From: Dehalococcoidia bacterium
GTDB taxonomy: Bacteria; Chloroflexota; Dehalococcoidia; Dehalococcoidales; Fen-1064
Direction: 5' to 3'
Assembly (NCBI GenBank): GCA_011171075.1
Contig: DUFD01000038.1
Span: 6,005 to 70,004 of the forward strand
Length of the DNA stretch: 64,000 nt
The position numbers were made by a program, and so were the translations under genes. Shown here piece by piece: positions 27,247 to 36,536 of the stretch. Numbering within the stretch: the first letter of the stretch is position 1; the number at the start of each line of letters is the position of its first letter. The notes below the pieces were generated by a model. That model saw only the letters and a program-made list of their open reading frames with translations. It searched no databases and was not told the origin of the DNA.

Positions 27247-28473
27247 ATGAGACGTAGAAAAGACTCCTCAACCCAAGAGCAAGCCAAATCGCCTATGACA
27301 CGGGTATCAATCGTCCGGGCCGAAAATTACGATGTCGATGAAATCCGTGACGCCGTGAGAAGAGGCATCGAGTTGATTGGCGGGCTTGAGGGCATAGTAA
27401 AGTCGGGCGACAGGGTCTTCGTGAAAATAAATCACCTGCCACCGGCGTCTCCCCCCGAAAAGGGCATAGTAACCCACCCGATATTCGTTGAAGGTGTCCT
27501 CGAAATACTGAAAGAGGCCGGTGCTGACATCACCGTCGGTGATGATATCGAGTCGGGCCCCGGAGACAGGTTCAGCATTTCTGGATTCAGGCAGATGTGC
27601 CAGCGGGCCGGTGTCCGGCTGGTCAACCTCCGCGAGGGCGGGTTCGTCACCATCGAGGGCAAGGGGCGACTTCTTGAGCAGGTCTACGTGTCCCGGATTG
27701 CAATGGAAGCCGACGTTATCATTAACCTTCCAAAGCTGAAGACCCATTCGTTGACCATTCTCACTGGCGGAGTCAAGAATATGTACGGCACCATTCCCTC
27801 CAGCCTCCGCCACAAATACCACAGAGATTTTATCAATGTAGATGATTTCAGCCTTATGCTGACCGATATCTTTGCGGTGGCCAGGCCACAGTTGACGATA
27901 ATGGACGGCATCATCTCCATGGAGGGCGAGGGGCCGGCAGGTGGTAATCTAAGAAAAACCAATATCATCCTTACCAGCCAGGACGCAGTAGCCCTGGACA
28001 CAGTAGCCACCAGTATTATCGGGCTTAATCCGGAGGACATTGACACGATTCGGCATTGTAACGAGCGGGGACTCGGGGTAGGCCGTCTGGACGCTATCGA
28101 GGTCACCGGCGAGAGCATTCGGAGCGTCGCTGTGCCTGACTTCCAGCCATCGACTTCTGCAACCCGCTGGCTCACAGTTAGAATGGCAAAGCCACTGCCC
28201 AGCCGAATAATGCGCTTTATTATGCTCCAGGCAGTCGTTCGTCCGAGGGTAGTGGCCAGCCGCTGTACAGGCTGTGCGGAGTGCGTAAAGATATGCCCAA
28301 CCGGAGCCGCAACAATAGCCAACAGAATCGCCACGATTGATAAAAGCAAGTGTATCCAGTGCATGTGCTGCCATGAAGTGTGCCGCGATAACGCCATCGC
28401 ACTCCAGCGCTCTCTGATGGGGAATACATTATACTGGCTTCTTAAAATTGCCAGGAAAATACTACGGCGTTGA
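27247..28473 (+). CDS. DUF362 domain protein with a C-terminal 2x[4Fe-4S] ferredoxin module
   Basis: VFVKINHL and LPKLKTHSLT blocks fit DUF362. CTGCAECVKICP and CIQCMCCHEVC are cluster motifs. The true start may be the internal Met MTRVSIV. Confidence 0.7.
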   Translation: MRRRKDSSTQEQAKSPMTRVSIVRAENYDVDEIRDAVRRGIELIGGLEGIVKSGDRVFVKINHLPPASPPEKGIVTHPIFVEGVLEILKEAGADITVGDDIESGPGDRFSISGFRQMCQRAGVRLVNLREGGFVTIEGKGRLLEQVYVSRIAMEADVIINLPKLKTHSLTILTGGVKNMYGTIPSSLRHKYHRDFINVDDFSLMLTDIFAVARPQLTIMDGIISMEGEGPAGGNLRKTNIILTSQDAVALDTVATSIIGLNPEDIDTIRHCNERGLGVGRLDAIEVTGESIRSVAVPDFQPSTSATRWLTVRMAKPLPSRIMRFIMLQAVVRPRVVASRCTGCAECVKICPTGAATIANRIATIDKSKCIQCMCCHEVCRDNAIALQRSLMGNTLYWLLKIARKILRR

Positions 28474-28498
28474 ACGCAGAATCACGGGTAGCCCCCGC

Positions 28499-29299
28499 TC
28501 AATCCCCAATCCGCAAAATCTTATAGCGCAGCTTGCCTGCAGGTACTGCAACCTCCACCACATCACCCCGGTGTTTACCGACAATAGCCTTACCGATTGG
28601 TGAAGCCCCGGAAATCCTGCCACTGGCGGCATTCACCTCGCTGGGGCTGACCAGGGTATAGTATACCTCTTCACCAGAGGCCATATCCTGCAATACGATA
28701 TTATCGCCGAGTGAGACCTTATGAGTGGCCTCAGACGATTCGTCAATGATAATTGCTGAGCCGAGAATTTCCTCAAGCTCCATTATCCTCCCCTCGACCT
28801 GTCCACGTTGTTCCCTGGCAGCATCAAGCGGGGCATTCTCCCGGAAGTCCTTGTCCGCCGCTGCCCGGCGGATATCTTCAATCAAACCGAGCCGCTTCTC
28901 TCGAAACTCGGCCAGTTCAGCCTGAAGGTCATCATACCCCTGCCGGGTCAGCGACACCGGTTGCCGCTTCGGGCCTTGTGAAGAAGCCAGCTGGTTCTTC
29001 GTCTTCCTTGCTTTCAGATGAGTAGCCAGATTAACTTTACTCCAGCCCTGCTTCCTGGCATAGGCAAGGAAAGCCCGCGTTAACTCGAGTTTCTTCTGAT
29101 AGTCGGCATCCGACTGTGATAGTTGCTCGGCATAATTGGCTACTCCGACCGGATTCAGTGAGGCGAAGGTTTGTTCCCACCCATACCAGCGAACGAACCG
29201 GTATATCTCCTGCTGGCTGCGACCTCTCACTTCGGTCGGTAAAGTAGTCAGAAACAGTCTGGCGGCTTCACCCAGGTGAACTTCATTGGCACTGGTCAC
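28499..29299 (-). CDS. GreA-type transcript cleavage factor with an extra N-terminal domain of about 110 aa
   Basis: Residues from about 115 to 266 form a full GreA (coiled coil ...DFRENAPLDAAREQ..., C-domain ISGASPIGKAIVGKHRGDVVEV). The first 110 aa are additional. Confidence 0.8.
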   Translation of the reverse strand: MTSANEVHLGEAARLFLTTLPTEVRGRSQQEIYRFVRWYGWEQTFASLNPVGVANYAEQLSQSDADYQKKLELTRAFLAYARKQGWSKVNLATHLKARKTKNQLASSQGPKRQPVSLTRQGYDDLQAELAEFREKRLGLIEDIRRAAADKDFRENAPLDAAREQRGQVEGRIMELEEILGSAIIIDESSEATHKVSLGDNIVLQDMASGEEVYYTLVSPSEVNAASGRISGASPIGKAIVGKHRGDVVEVAVPAGKLRYKILRIGD

Positions 29300-29323
29300 T
29301 TAAGAAAGCCTCCTTCATTTGGA

Positions 29324-30541
29324 TTATGCAGCCTGTTTACCACCCCTGCCCCAGCTGGTGAGCCGTTTCATCAAGCTGCCGGGGATATTCATCGCGGCAA
29401 TCGTTTTCAGGAATACCTGGTAATTAATCACCCGGAACACCGCTCCGCCATGCCAGTCAAACGACAGGTCTTCCGCCTTTTGCAGGTCATCAAGGATACC
29501 GCTGGATTGCATTATGTCAAATATCTTTTCAATCTGTCCGTCGTTCAGATGCTCGTAGACCTTCCTTACCCAGTAGCCTATCCTGAGCTCACGTCCCAGC
29601 TTTTTCTTCCATTCACGCTCATAGCCAGACAGACTCCGGGCAGAGAGGTCATCCGCGACGAGTGCCCGTTGCAGGTGGTCGGCGGCGATATCCGCACAAA
29701 GCAGGCCGTAGTATATTCCCCCTCCGGTGGTCGGCTTCACCTGACCGGCGGCGGTCCCGACAACAACAAGCCGCTGGCCATACGTTTTCGATGGAGGTTT
29801 CAGCGAAATCCCCCAGTGCATAGGTTCGGAGTTCACCGAAGTAATCCTACCCTGAGCCTCAAGGGAGGACAGGAACCTATCCAGATATGCTCCCGGACTG
29901 CGCCGCGAGAGCAAGCCAACCAGTGCGCAACCGGGTGCGGTCGGCACCAGCCAGGCGAAGAAACCGGGCGCCACCTCCTGACCGCAGTAGACCTCAATAT
30001 CCTCAATTCCCGGCGCTATCACCTCCACCTGTGCCCCCGTGACGGAATCGCCAATCCTGCCCAACCCGATACCCTCGATAAATCCAGGGCTGAAACCGGT
30101 GGCAACCACAGCAACCCTGGCCTCGACGTTTAGGGAGGTCCCGCTCTGCGTCGCCTCAACGGTAACATGGTCACCATGTACCGTTATCGCCCTTACCTGA
30201 GTATCCATCATGTAGTCAACACCTCTACCCTTGGCACGGCTGGCCAGAGAGATATTGAGACCCACACGGTCGATAACGGCCGCCTGAGGTTTCGGGCGCC
30301 ACAGCTTGACTACTTTCCCCGAAGGGGAAATCACACGGGCGCCGTTCATCCACCGCCAGATAAGGTCCTCGTCAATGGAGAATGCGTCCACGCACTCTCG
30401 ACCAATGATGCCGGTGCAGCATACCGGTTCCGACAGAAATTGTTTGCGTTCCAGAACAACGACGTCGTAGCCGTGTCCGGCCAATCTGGCGGCAACGTGA
30501 CTCCCCGCAGGTCCGCCACCAATCACAGCAATATCGTGCAA
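29324..30541 (-). CDS. geranylgeranyl reductase-family FAD-dependent oxidoreductase
   Basis: HDIAVIGGGPAGSHVAARLA dinucleotide fold, VVVGTAAGQVKPTTGGGIYYG, 405 aa. Confidence 0.8.
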   Translation of the reverse strand: MHDIAVIGGGPAGSHVAARLAGHGYDVVVLERKQFLSEPVCCTGIIGRECVDAFSIDEDLIWRWMNGARVISPSGKVVKLWRPKPQAAVIDRVGLNISLASRAKGRGVDYMMDTQVRAITVHGDHVTVEATQSGTSLNVEARVAVVATGFSPGFIEGIGLGRIGDSVTGAQVEVIAPGIEDIEVYCGQEVAPGFFAWLVPTAPGCALVGLLSRRSPGAYLDRFLSSLEAQGRITSVNSEPMHWGISLKPPSKTYGQRLVVVGTAAGQVKPTTGGGIYYGLLCADIAADHLQRALVADDLSARSLSGYEREWKKKLGRELRIGYWVRKVYEHLNDGQIEKIFDIMQSSGILDDLQKAEDLSFDWHGGAVFRVINYQVFLKTIAAMNIPGSLMKRLTSWGRGGKQAA

Positions 30542-30659
30542 AATCTGGCCTCCACCATGCCTATATTACCATGATTTACAACTTCAGGTGAACAGCGACC
30601 AGGGCCTGCACATGCCTAGACAGAATGAAAACAGACGGAGTGAACTCACTCAGGCCAGA

Positions 30660-31958
30660 CTAGCACCAACCCGCCGAGACACCCAGATATTCCTCCACGA
30701 GACGCATGGCGCAGTACTCGCCACACATGCTGCAGGCGTCTCCGATGGTATCGTGCTTGTGGTGTACCCGGCGCGACAGCTCCGGTCTCAGAGATAGCCT
30801 CTCCTGCGCCTCCCAGTCGAGCTTTTTCCTGGCCAGTGACATCTCAAGGTCTCGTTGGGCGGCACCCTTAACACCTTTGGCAATATCGGCGGCATGAGCG
30901 GCAATACGTGAGGCAATCACCCCCTCACGAACATCATCAGGGTCGGGTAACGAGAGATGCTCAGCCGGAGTGACATAGCAGAGAAAATCGGCACCGGCGG
31001 CGGCAGCCACTGCGCCACCGATAGCCGAGGTGATATGGTCATAGCCAGCGGCAATGTCTGTCACCAGGGGACCGAGCACATAGAAGGGCGCACCCTTGCA
31101 GATGGACTTCTCCAGCTTAACGTTGGCCTCAATCTGGTTCAGGGGCACATGGCCCGGACCTTCCACCATTACCTGCACGCCAGCCTGCCAGGCCCTTTCC
31201 ACCAGCTCACCGATGACCAGCAGCTCTTCCACCTGTGCACGGTCTGTAGCATCGGCGATGCAGCCGGGTCGCATACCGTCGCCAAGGCTGAGGGTTATAT
31301 CGAAGTCCCTGGCGATGTCCAGAAGGCGGTCATAGTATTCGTATAGAGGGTTCTCCCGCTCGTTATGGAGCATCCAACCGATGAGGAAAGCGCCACCCCG
31401 CGATACCACGTCGGCCACCCGTTTCTGCTGTTTAAGGCACTCCAGAGCCGACCTAGTCAGGCCGCAGTGCACCGTGATAAAATCCACCCCGTCCCGGCAG
31501 TGCTCCTCAATCACAGTGAACAGGTCATCGACGGTCATATCCACGATGGCACCACGCTCTTCAATTGCCTTGATTCCGGCCTGATAAATCGGCACGGTGC
31601 CTACAGGTATGGTGCTGGCGGCAATGATTTCGCGGCGGATGGCAGAGATATCACCACCGGTCGACAGGTCCATAACAGTGTCGGTGCCGCACTCAACGGC
31701 CGCCTGCAGCTTGGCCAGTTCGGTCTCGACACTGCCGTAATCAGACGACGTCCCGATATTGGCGTTGACTTTCGTCCGGAGGCCCTGTCCAATGCCACAG
31801 GGCACCAGGCCCTTATGAGCGCCATTGACCGAAACAACTATGGTGCCATTGGCGACGCCCCGGCGGACAAAGTCCGCCTCGACACCCTCCTGCTCGGCTA
31901 CCGCACGCATCTGCGGCAGGATGATACCCCTTCGAGCCAGTTCCAGTTGCGTCATCAT
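30660..31958 (-). CDS. thiC: phosphomethylpyrimidine synthase ThiC
   Basis: ThiC blocks throughout, with a C-terminal CSMCGEYC cluster motif. I place the start at the ATG at 31958 behind GGAGG (31961-31965), because the ORF-track start at 32024 lies inside the riboswitch. Confidence 0.9.
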   Translation of the reverse strand: MMTQLELARRGIILPQMRAVAEQEGVEADFVRRGVANGTIVVSVNGAHKGLVPCGIGQGLRTKVNANIGTSSDYGSVETELAKLQAAVECGTDTVMDLSTGGDISAIRREIIAASTIPVGTVPIYQAGIKAIEERGAIVDMTVDDLFTVIEEHCRDGVDFITVHCGLTRSALECLKQQKRVADVVSRGGAFLIGWMLHNERENPLYEYYDRLLDIARDFDITLSLGDGMRPGCIADATDRAQVEELLVIGELVERAWQAGVQVMVEGPGHVPLNQIEANVKLEKSICKGAPFYVLGPLVTDIAAGYDHITSAIGGAVAAAAGADFLCYVTPAEHLSLPDPDDVREGVIASRIAAHAADIAKGVKGAAQRDLEMSLARKKLDWEAQERLSLRPELSRRVHHKHDTIGDACSMCGEYCAMRLVEEYLGVSAGWC

Positions 31959-31965
31959 CGCCTCC

Positions 31966-32013
31966 CAAAAAAGAAAACCAAGGGCAATGAATACTGCTAA
32001 CAGGCCCTTGGTG
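31966..32013 (-). terminator. riboswitch expression-platform terminator
   Basis: On the minus strand: ACCAAGGGC - 18-nt loop - GCCCTTGGT, followed by TTTCTTTTTTGG. Confidence 0.6.
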
Positions 32014-32022
32014 ACTTCTATC

Positions 32023-32104
32023 ACCGCTTCCCTACGCTCGCATTACCGAGATCAGGTTCCCAGGGTTGGCGTCAGCCTCTCAGCCTGTCAGCACCCCTAG
32101 CGGT
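32023..32104 (-). promoter_or_regulatory. TPP (THI-box) riboswitch aptamer
   Basis: Minus strand reads ACCGCUAGGGGUGC...GCUGAGAGG...ACCCUGGGAACCUGAUCUCGGUAAUGCGAGCGUAGGGAAGCGGU. P1 pairs ACCGCU with AGCGGU. Confidence 0.85.
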
Positions 32105-32255
32105 CTTCTTTATATGTTTTACCTTAATAATCTAGCACAGAGTTATGGGAAATGCAAGGACTATACCCATTTGAAACAGGTTTCAAACAGTATATGTAGG
32201 TTTGCACCTTCGCCTTATTGTGCACCCAATAACACGAGAACAGGCGACGGTATCT

Positions 32256-32438
32256 TCAAGCGGAGAGATGTAATTTCAACCTTTTCGCAGTCTCCTTAGC
32301 CTTCTTTATGCCTAGTTCTCTGGCTTCTTCCTCGGTCTCCACAGGCATCCTTCCAAGAGTTGATGGTCCCTTGGTAATTCGGCTCTTGCGAGCTGTAACT
32401 GCGTGCCGAGCATGGGACATTCGTCTTACTTCATTCAT
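32256..32438 (-). CDS. small basic hypothetical protein (60 aa)
   Basis: Overlaps the stop of the 432-aa ORF by 8 nt. Basic N-terminus and a charged helical C-terminus. Confidence 0.4.
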   Translation of the reverse strand: MNEVRRMSHARHAVTARKSRITKGPSTLGRMPVETEEEARELGIKKAKETAKRLKLHLSA

Positions 32439-33729
32439 TCAACAACTCCTTATACTGCCTTAAGAAGAACTGCGGATTTAACTCTGCCTCAAAGTAATGC
32501 TTACGGTTTACCCACACAAATCCGTCACCCTTTGAAATAACGGCTACATCAATGGGTTCCGCAACGGTTTCACTCTCCAAAGAAACTTTCCTCTTAACAG
32601 ATGTTAAATGGACCAGGGCTTCTGCTAGCGAAGCTAATTCGCTCTTGGGCAACCTCGAAACTGCTTCAACAATTGGTCCACTAAATTGTTCACTCACAAA
32701 ATCACTGATCTCATTATTAAACTCAGCCACAAGTTGGCTACCGTAATCCACAAGTTCTTGCTTCATACGAAACTTTTCCTCATCACTATACCTACTCAGA
32801 TGGTTTACAATTTTCTCAGCTAAATCCTCACAAAGTGTAGATAAATAACCTATCTCATGGCTCCTGTATAGCGGATCCACACCCTCCATGAACCTATACA
32901 CCATCTCTCGTTGTGCAAAGGGCACGATCCCCCCTCCGATATCCCTACTTAGTGAATGTTGTTCATCAATTACATGTTTTAGTATGTTTTCAACCAGACC
33001 TTCGACAACGAATGACCTAACTGATGGGCGAAATTCCTTTTCACCAAATCCTGCAACAACAACTCCTGTTTCGATACTTGAAGAAAATCCTTTTGAAAAC
33101 ACGTGGACGATCAATTCTCTAATTCGACGTTTTTGCCGACTCTGTAAATTGTACTCACCTAGCATATGTGATATAGCTTCACTTATCTTTGCGCTATGCC
33201 TACGCATAGTTGCCCGGCTTATCGCAAGTGTCAGGTATTCATCATCACTACGTCTCCATTCATCATAAAGACCTGCTATTACTTCATCTACTATTTGGGC
33301 TATATTGGTAGCACTAATATCACGTCCTTCTTGAATAGCTTCCGTTAATCGACTGCGTATTCCGTCAAGTATCATCGATAAAACATGAATTATGAATGCA
33401 CCAACATAGTTATCTTCTGCATGCTCTGGGAACTCAATATTCTCATTGCTTAAGAATAAAATGAAATCGCTAGCATATTCTTCAAGCCTATCATACCCTT
33501 TCGGCGGCAATCTCTTGGTACGATACACCTTGATTAAAGTCTCCCAAGGTATATCCATAAATTCAGCATTACCATATATCATAATGCCGACTGGGTGATA
33601 TTTAGACATAGCAAATAGCTTATTCGCAGAAGTCGAGATTTTCTCCAAACCACCAACCTGAGAAGTTACAGCACTGTCAGCAGCCAGTGCTACTGCCTCC
33701 CCATTCATAACGACAATTTCTGCAGTCAT
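32431..33729 (-). CDS. oversized proteasome-beta/HslV-like Ntn (Thr1) hydrolase with two long helical insertions
   Basis: Met-Thr start. TAEIVVMNGEAVALAADSAVTS..ANKLF supplies Thr1/Asp17/Lys33 equivalents. GVVVAGFGEKEFRPSVRSFVVEG and EPIDVAVISKGDGFVWV match core beta strands. Confidence 0.6.
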   Translation of the reverse strand: MTAEIVVMNGEAVALAADSAVTSQVGGLEKISTSANKLFAMSKYHPVGIMIYGNAEFMDIPWETLIKVYRTKRLPPKGYDRLEEYASDFILFLSNENIEFPEHAEDNYVGAFIIHVLSMILDGIRSRLTEAIQEGRDISATNIAQIVDEVIAGLYDEWRRSDDEYLTLAISRATMRRHSAKISEAISHMLGEYNLQSRQKRRIRELIVHVFSKGFSSSIETGVVVAGFGEKEFRPSVRSFVVEGLVENILKHVIDEQHSLSRDIGGGIVPFAQREMVYRFMEGVDPLYRSHEIGYLSTLCEDLAEKIVNHLSRYSDEEKFRMKQELVDYGSQLVAEFNNEISDFVSEQFSGPIVEAVSRLPKSELASLAEALVHLTSVKRKVSLESETVAEPIDVAVISKGDGFVWVNRKHYFEAELNPQFFLRQYKELLNE

Positions 33730-33742
33730 GTTAATTCAACCC

Positions 33743-33919
33743 TTATGAAATCCATTTCCCTTTAATATCACGCAAAATATTTGTTATTTCGACCTGAGAG
33801 GGCTTGTTTTTACCGAGGTACCTGAGCGTTCTTTGCTTAACTTTACCATCCTCTCGATAGCCCTCAACTAACCAGTAATAAGTATATTTCCCTTGCCTTT
33901 TTGCTCTTATATAGGCCAT
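33743..33919 (-). CDS. 58-aa protein (below the ORF-track cutoff) with a YxxLVEGYREDGKVKQ motif
   Basis: MAYIRAKRQGKYTYYWLVEGYREDGKVKQRTLRYLGK... resembles N-terminal modules of IS1634/IS4-type transposases, from my recall only. Confidence 0.4.
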   Translation of the reverse strand: MAYIRAKRQGKYTYYWLVEGYREDGKVKQRTLRYLGKNKPSQVEITNILRDIKGKWIS

Positions 33920-33976
33920 ATTTACATTTTAGTCACAACGCATGAATTTGTCAATACCCTCACTCACCATCTCCGC

Positions 33977-34774
33977 CTACTCCCCCTTCCACTCGGGTTC
34001 GCGTTTCTCCACCCAGGCGCGCGGGCCTTCCTGCGTATCCGGGGAGGTGGAGTTAATCAGCATCGCCATCTCGGCCATCTCCAGGTTGAGGTTGCGATAC
34101 ATGTCAAGGCCCCGCCAGAGGAGCTTCTTGGCAAACTGGGTAGCCACCGGGGCCTGGGTGAACTGCTTACAGAACTCCTTTGTTGCAGGCATCAGTTCAT
34201 CGTGGGGGACTACCTTGCTCACATAGCCGATGCTGAGCGCTTCCTCGGCGTTAATCATCCGGCCCGACCATATCAGTTCGAGGGCCTTGGCGATACCGAC
34301 AATCCGTGGCAGGAAATAGCAGCCGGCATCGCCGGGGAGGAGTCCCATCCTGACATAGTTCATGCCAACCCGAGCCTGGTCCGACATTATCCTGATATCG
34401 GCCATGCTGGCCATGTCCATGCCCGCTCCCGCCGCAGGGCCGTTAATAGCAGCGATGTACGGCTTGTCGAGGCTCTCCAGGGCACGGGGCACCCGGTGCA
34501 CGCCGAGCCGCATGTAGTTCCTCCGGGCATAGGGCGGCAGTGGCTGACTCCCGCTGGCAGCCGCCCTTACATTCATGCCCGAGCAAAAGCCACGACCCGC
34601 CCCCGTCACTATCAGCACCCTGACCTTGGGGTCGGTTTTGGCGGTCTCAATGGCATCGACCCACTCGGTGAGCATGGTATCGGTAAAGGCATTCAGGCTC
34701 TCCGGTCGGTTCAGCGTTATCGTACCAATGTAGTCTTCCACCGTGTATATGATTTCCTCGTATGCCATTATCAT
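33977..34774 (-). CDS. enoyl-CoA hydratase/isomerase (crotonase) family protein
   Basis: ITLNRPESLNAF, VTGAGRGFCSGMNV and AAINGPAAGAGMDMA are oxyanion-hole motifs. Confidence 0.9.
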   Translation of the reverse strand: MIMAYEEIIYTVEDYIGTITLNRPESLNAFTDTMLTEWVDAIETAKTDPKVRVLIVTGAGRGFCSGMNVRAAASGSQPLPPYARRNYMRLGVHRVPRALESLDKPYIAAINGPAAGAGMDMASMADIRIMSDQARVGMNYVRMGLLPGDAGCYFLPRIVGIAKALELIWSGRMINAEEALSIGYVSKVVPHDELMPATKEFCKQFTQAPVATQFAKKLLWRGLDMYRNLNLEMAEMAMLINSTSPDTQEGPRAWVEKREPEWKGE

Positions 34775-34910
34775 CCTCCTTGTATTATCCGTGTCGCCAT
34801 ACTAGACTTTCAGCACAGGGGGTGTCAAGGGCCTGTCCCAGACACTTGACAAAAGCACTCCGTAGAACTATATAACTAGAGTATCCGTTACCAAATACCG
34901 GGGGTGAAAC

Positions 34911-35762
34911 ATGAAAGACAAGGTCAAGATTGCCGCCGTCCAGATGGACCCCAAACTGAAGAAAAAAGAGGACAACCTGGAAAAGATACTGCTCAGGGCA
35001 GGAGAGGCTGCCAGGGAAGGCGCCGAGCTTGTCGTTTTCCCGGAGTGTTCCCTGACGGGTTACATGTTCAACAGTCGCAAAGAGGCCCTGGCCTCTGCAG
35101 AGGTAGTTCCCGGCCCAACCACCGAAAGACTAGCAGCCCTGTGTCAGGAGCTTAACATACACGTGGTCGTCGGCATGCTGGAGGCAGATGGTGACCGCTG
35201 TTTCAATATCGCCGTCCTGATAGGACCGCAGGGGCTGGTTGGTAAATACCGCAAGACCCACCTACCTTTTCTGGGGGCCGACCGCTTCCTTGACCACGGT
35301 AAAAATCCTTTCCGGGTGTACAGGACGCCTGTTGGCAATATCGGTATGTATATCTGCTACGACTGCAACTTCCCGGAGACGGCACGGGTTATGACCCTCC
35401 AGGGAGCGGACATCCTGGTGCTGCCGACCAACTGGCCGGACGGTCGCGGTAATATCTCACTGTACGTGATAAATACCCGCGCCCTGGAGAACAGGGTATT
35501 TGTGGTCGCTGCCGATCGTGTCGGCACGGAACGAAGCTCAAAATTCCTCGGTATGAGCAAGATTGCTAATCCTTTGGGGGACACCCTGGCCGAAGGCAGT
35601 CGGGAGAACGAGGAAATAATCTACGCCGAGGTCAACCTGGCTGATGCGAGACAGAAACGTTTCGTTATCAAGCCGGGGGAGTTTGAGCTCGACCTCATTG
35701 GTGACCGCCGACCCGAGCTTTACGGCAGGCTCACCTACATGGGAGTACCGGGGCCGATGTAG
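34911..35762 (+). CDS. carbon-nitrogen hydrolase (nitrilase superfamily)
   Basis: Glu-Lys-Cys triad context: VVFPECSLTGY, YRKTHLP, IGMYICYDCNFPE. Confidence 0.85.
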   Translation: MKDKVKIAAVQMDPKLKKKEDNLEKILLRAGEAAREGAELVVFPECSLTGYMFNSRKEALASAEVVPGPTTERLAALCQELNIHVVVGMLEADGDRCFNIAVLIGPQGLVGKYRKTHLPFLGADRFLDHGKNPFRVYRTPVGNIGMYICYDCNFPETARVMTLQGADILVLPTNWPDGRGNISLYVINTRALENRVFVVAADRVGTERSSKFLGMSKIANPLGDTLAEGSRENEEIIYAEVNLADARQKRFVIKPGEFELDLIGDRRPELYGRLTYMGVPGPM

Positions 35763-35771
35763 GTGTTTAGT

Positions 35772-36491
35772 ATGGAAAAACTCCTTTCAGGGGCAGGCAA
35801 ACTTGGGCTGCAACTCAGTTCAGAGCAACTGCAGCAATTCGAAACTTATTATCGCGAACTGATAGACTGGAATAAGCGACTCAACCTGACCGCTATCACC
35901 GACTATGAGGATGTCCAGCTCAACCACTTCCTCGACGCGCTGACGGTTGTCCTGGCCTGGCAGCCAGACAAAGGCGATACCAGACTAAAGGTCATTGATG
36001 TTGGTACAGGCAACGGCATACCTGGCATCCCCCTCAAAATAGCCTTCACTGAGATAGAGCTCACACTACTTGAGTCCACCACAAAAAAGGTCGCTTTCCT
36101 CCGCCACCTGATAGACCAACTCAAGCTGGGAGGCACAGAAATTGTGGCTGGGCGAGCGGAGGAGGTCGCCCACGATAGCCGTTACCGGGAATCATTCGAC
36201 CTGGTGCTGTCACGGGCGGTGGCCCCACTACCGACACTGGCAGAACTGACCCTGCCCTTCTGTACTGTCGGTGGTAGCATGGTCGTACACAAGAAGGGGG
36301 ATATTGAAGAGGAGCTCAGACGGGCGTCACAAGCAATCGATACCCTCGGTGGAAGGCTGCGCGAAGTAAGGGCGTTAGAGATACCGGAACTCCCAGACCA
36401 GCGCCGGCTGGTGGTAATTGGTAAAATATCAACCACCCCAGAACAGTACCCGCGCCGCCCCGGGATACCAAAGAAAAGACCAATATCCTAA
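35772..36491 (+). CDS. rsmG: 16S rRNA (guanine527-N7)-methyltransferase RsmG
   Basis: YYRELIDWNKRLNLTAI, HFLDAL and VIDVGTGNGIPGIPLKI. ATG chosen at 35772; the ORF track starts at a GTG at 35763. Confidence 0.85.
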   Translation: MEKLLSGAGKLGLQLSSEQLQQFETYYRELIDWNKRLNLTAITDYEDVQLNHFLDALTVVLAWQPDKGDTRLKVIDVGTGNGIPGIPLKIAFTEIELTLLESTTKKVAFLRHLIDQLKLGGTEIVAGRAEEVAHDSRYRESFDLVLSRAVAPLPTLAELTLPFCTVGGSMVVHKKGDIEEELRRASQAIDTLGGRLREVRALEIPELPDQRRLVVIGKISTTPEQYPRRPGIPKKRPIS

Positions 36492-36536
36492 CGTATGCTC
36501 TGGTTTAATTCAAAGTGACATTTAGAAGGTGAAATA

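Larger units (their letters stand above)
32110..33970. mobile_element. low-GC three-ORF island (no integrase or att site seen)
   Basis: Hand-counted 60-nt lines give about 35-43% GC here, against about 60% in the flanking genes. Confidence 0.4.

Noticed and set aside
31959-32024. First 22 codons of the ORF-track thiC model ([22 protein letters not shown]), which look like a TM helix.
   Set aside because: This stretch coincides with the riboswitch terminator stem and U-tract. GGAGG plus ATG at 31958 gives a ThiC of standard length.
33893-34849. 318-aa plus-strand ORF across the crotonase locus. There are similar long antisense ORFs at 29276-30133, 19275-20120, 37347-38051, 47342-47950, 27684-28397, 31365-32000, 45447-46061 and 38833-39426.
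   Set aside because: Each lies opposite a gene with unmistakable family motifs (crotonase, GGR, radical SAM, PdxS/T, YqeY, DUF362, ThiC, PurL, AAA ATPase). Each also has low-complexity Arg/Pro/Gly-rich composition typical of shadow ORFs in GC-rich coding DNA.
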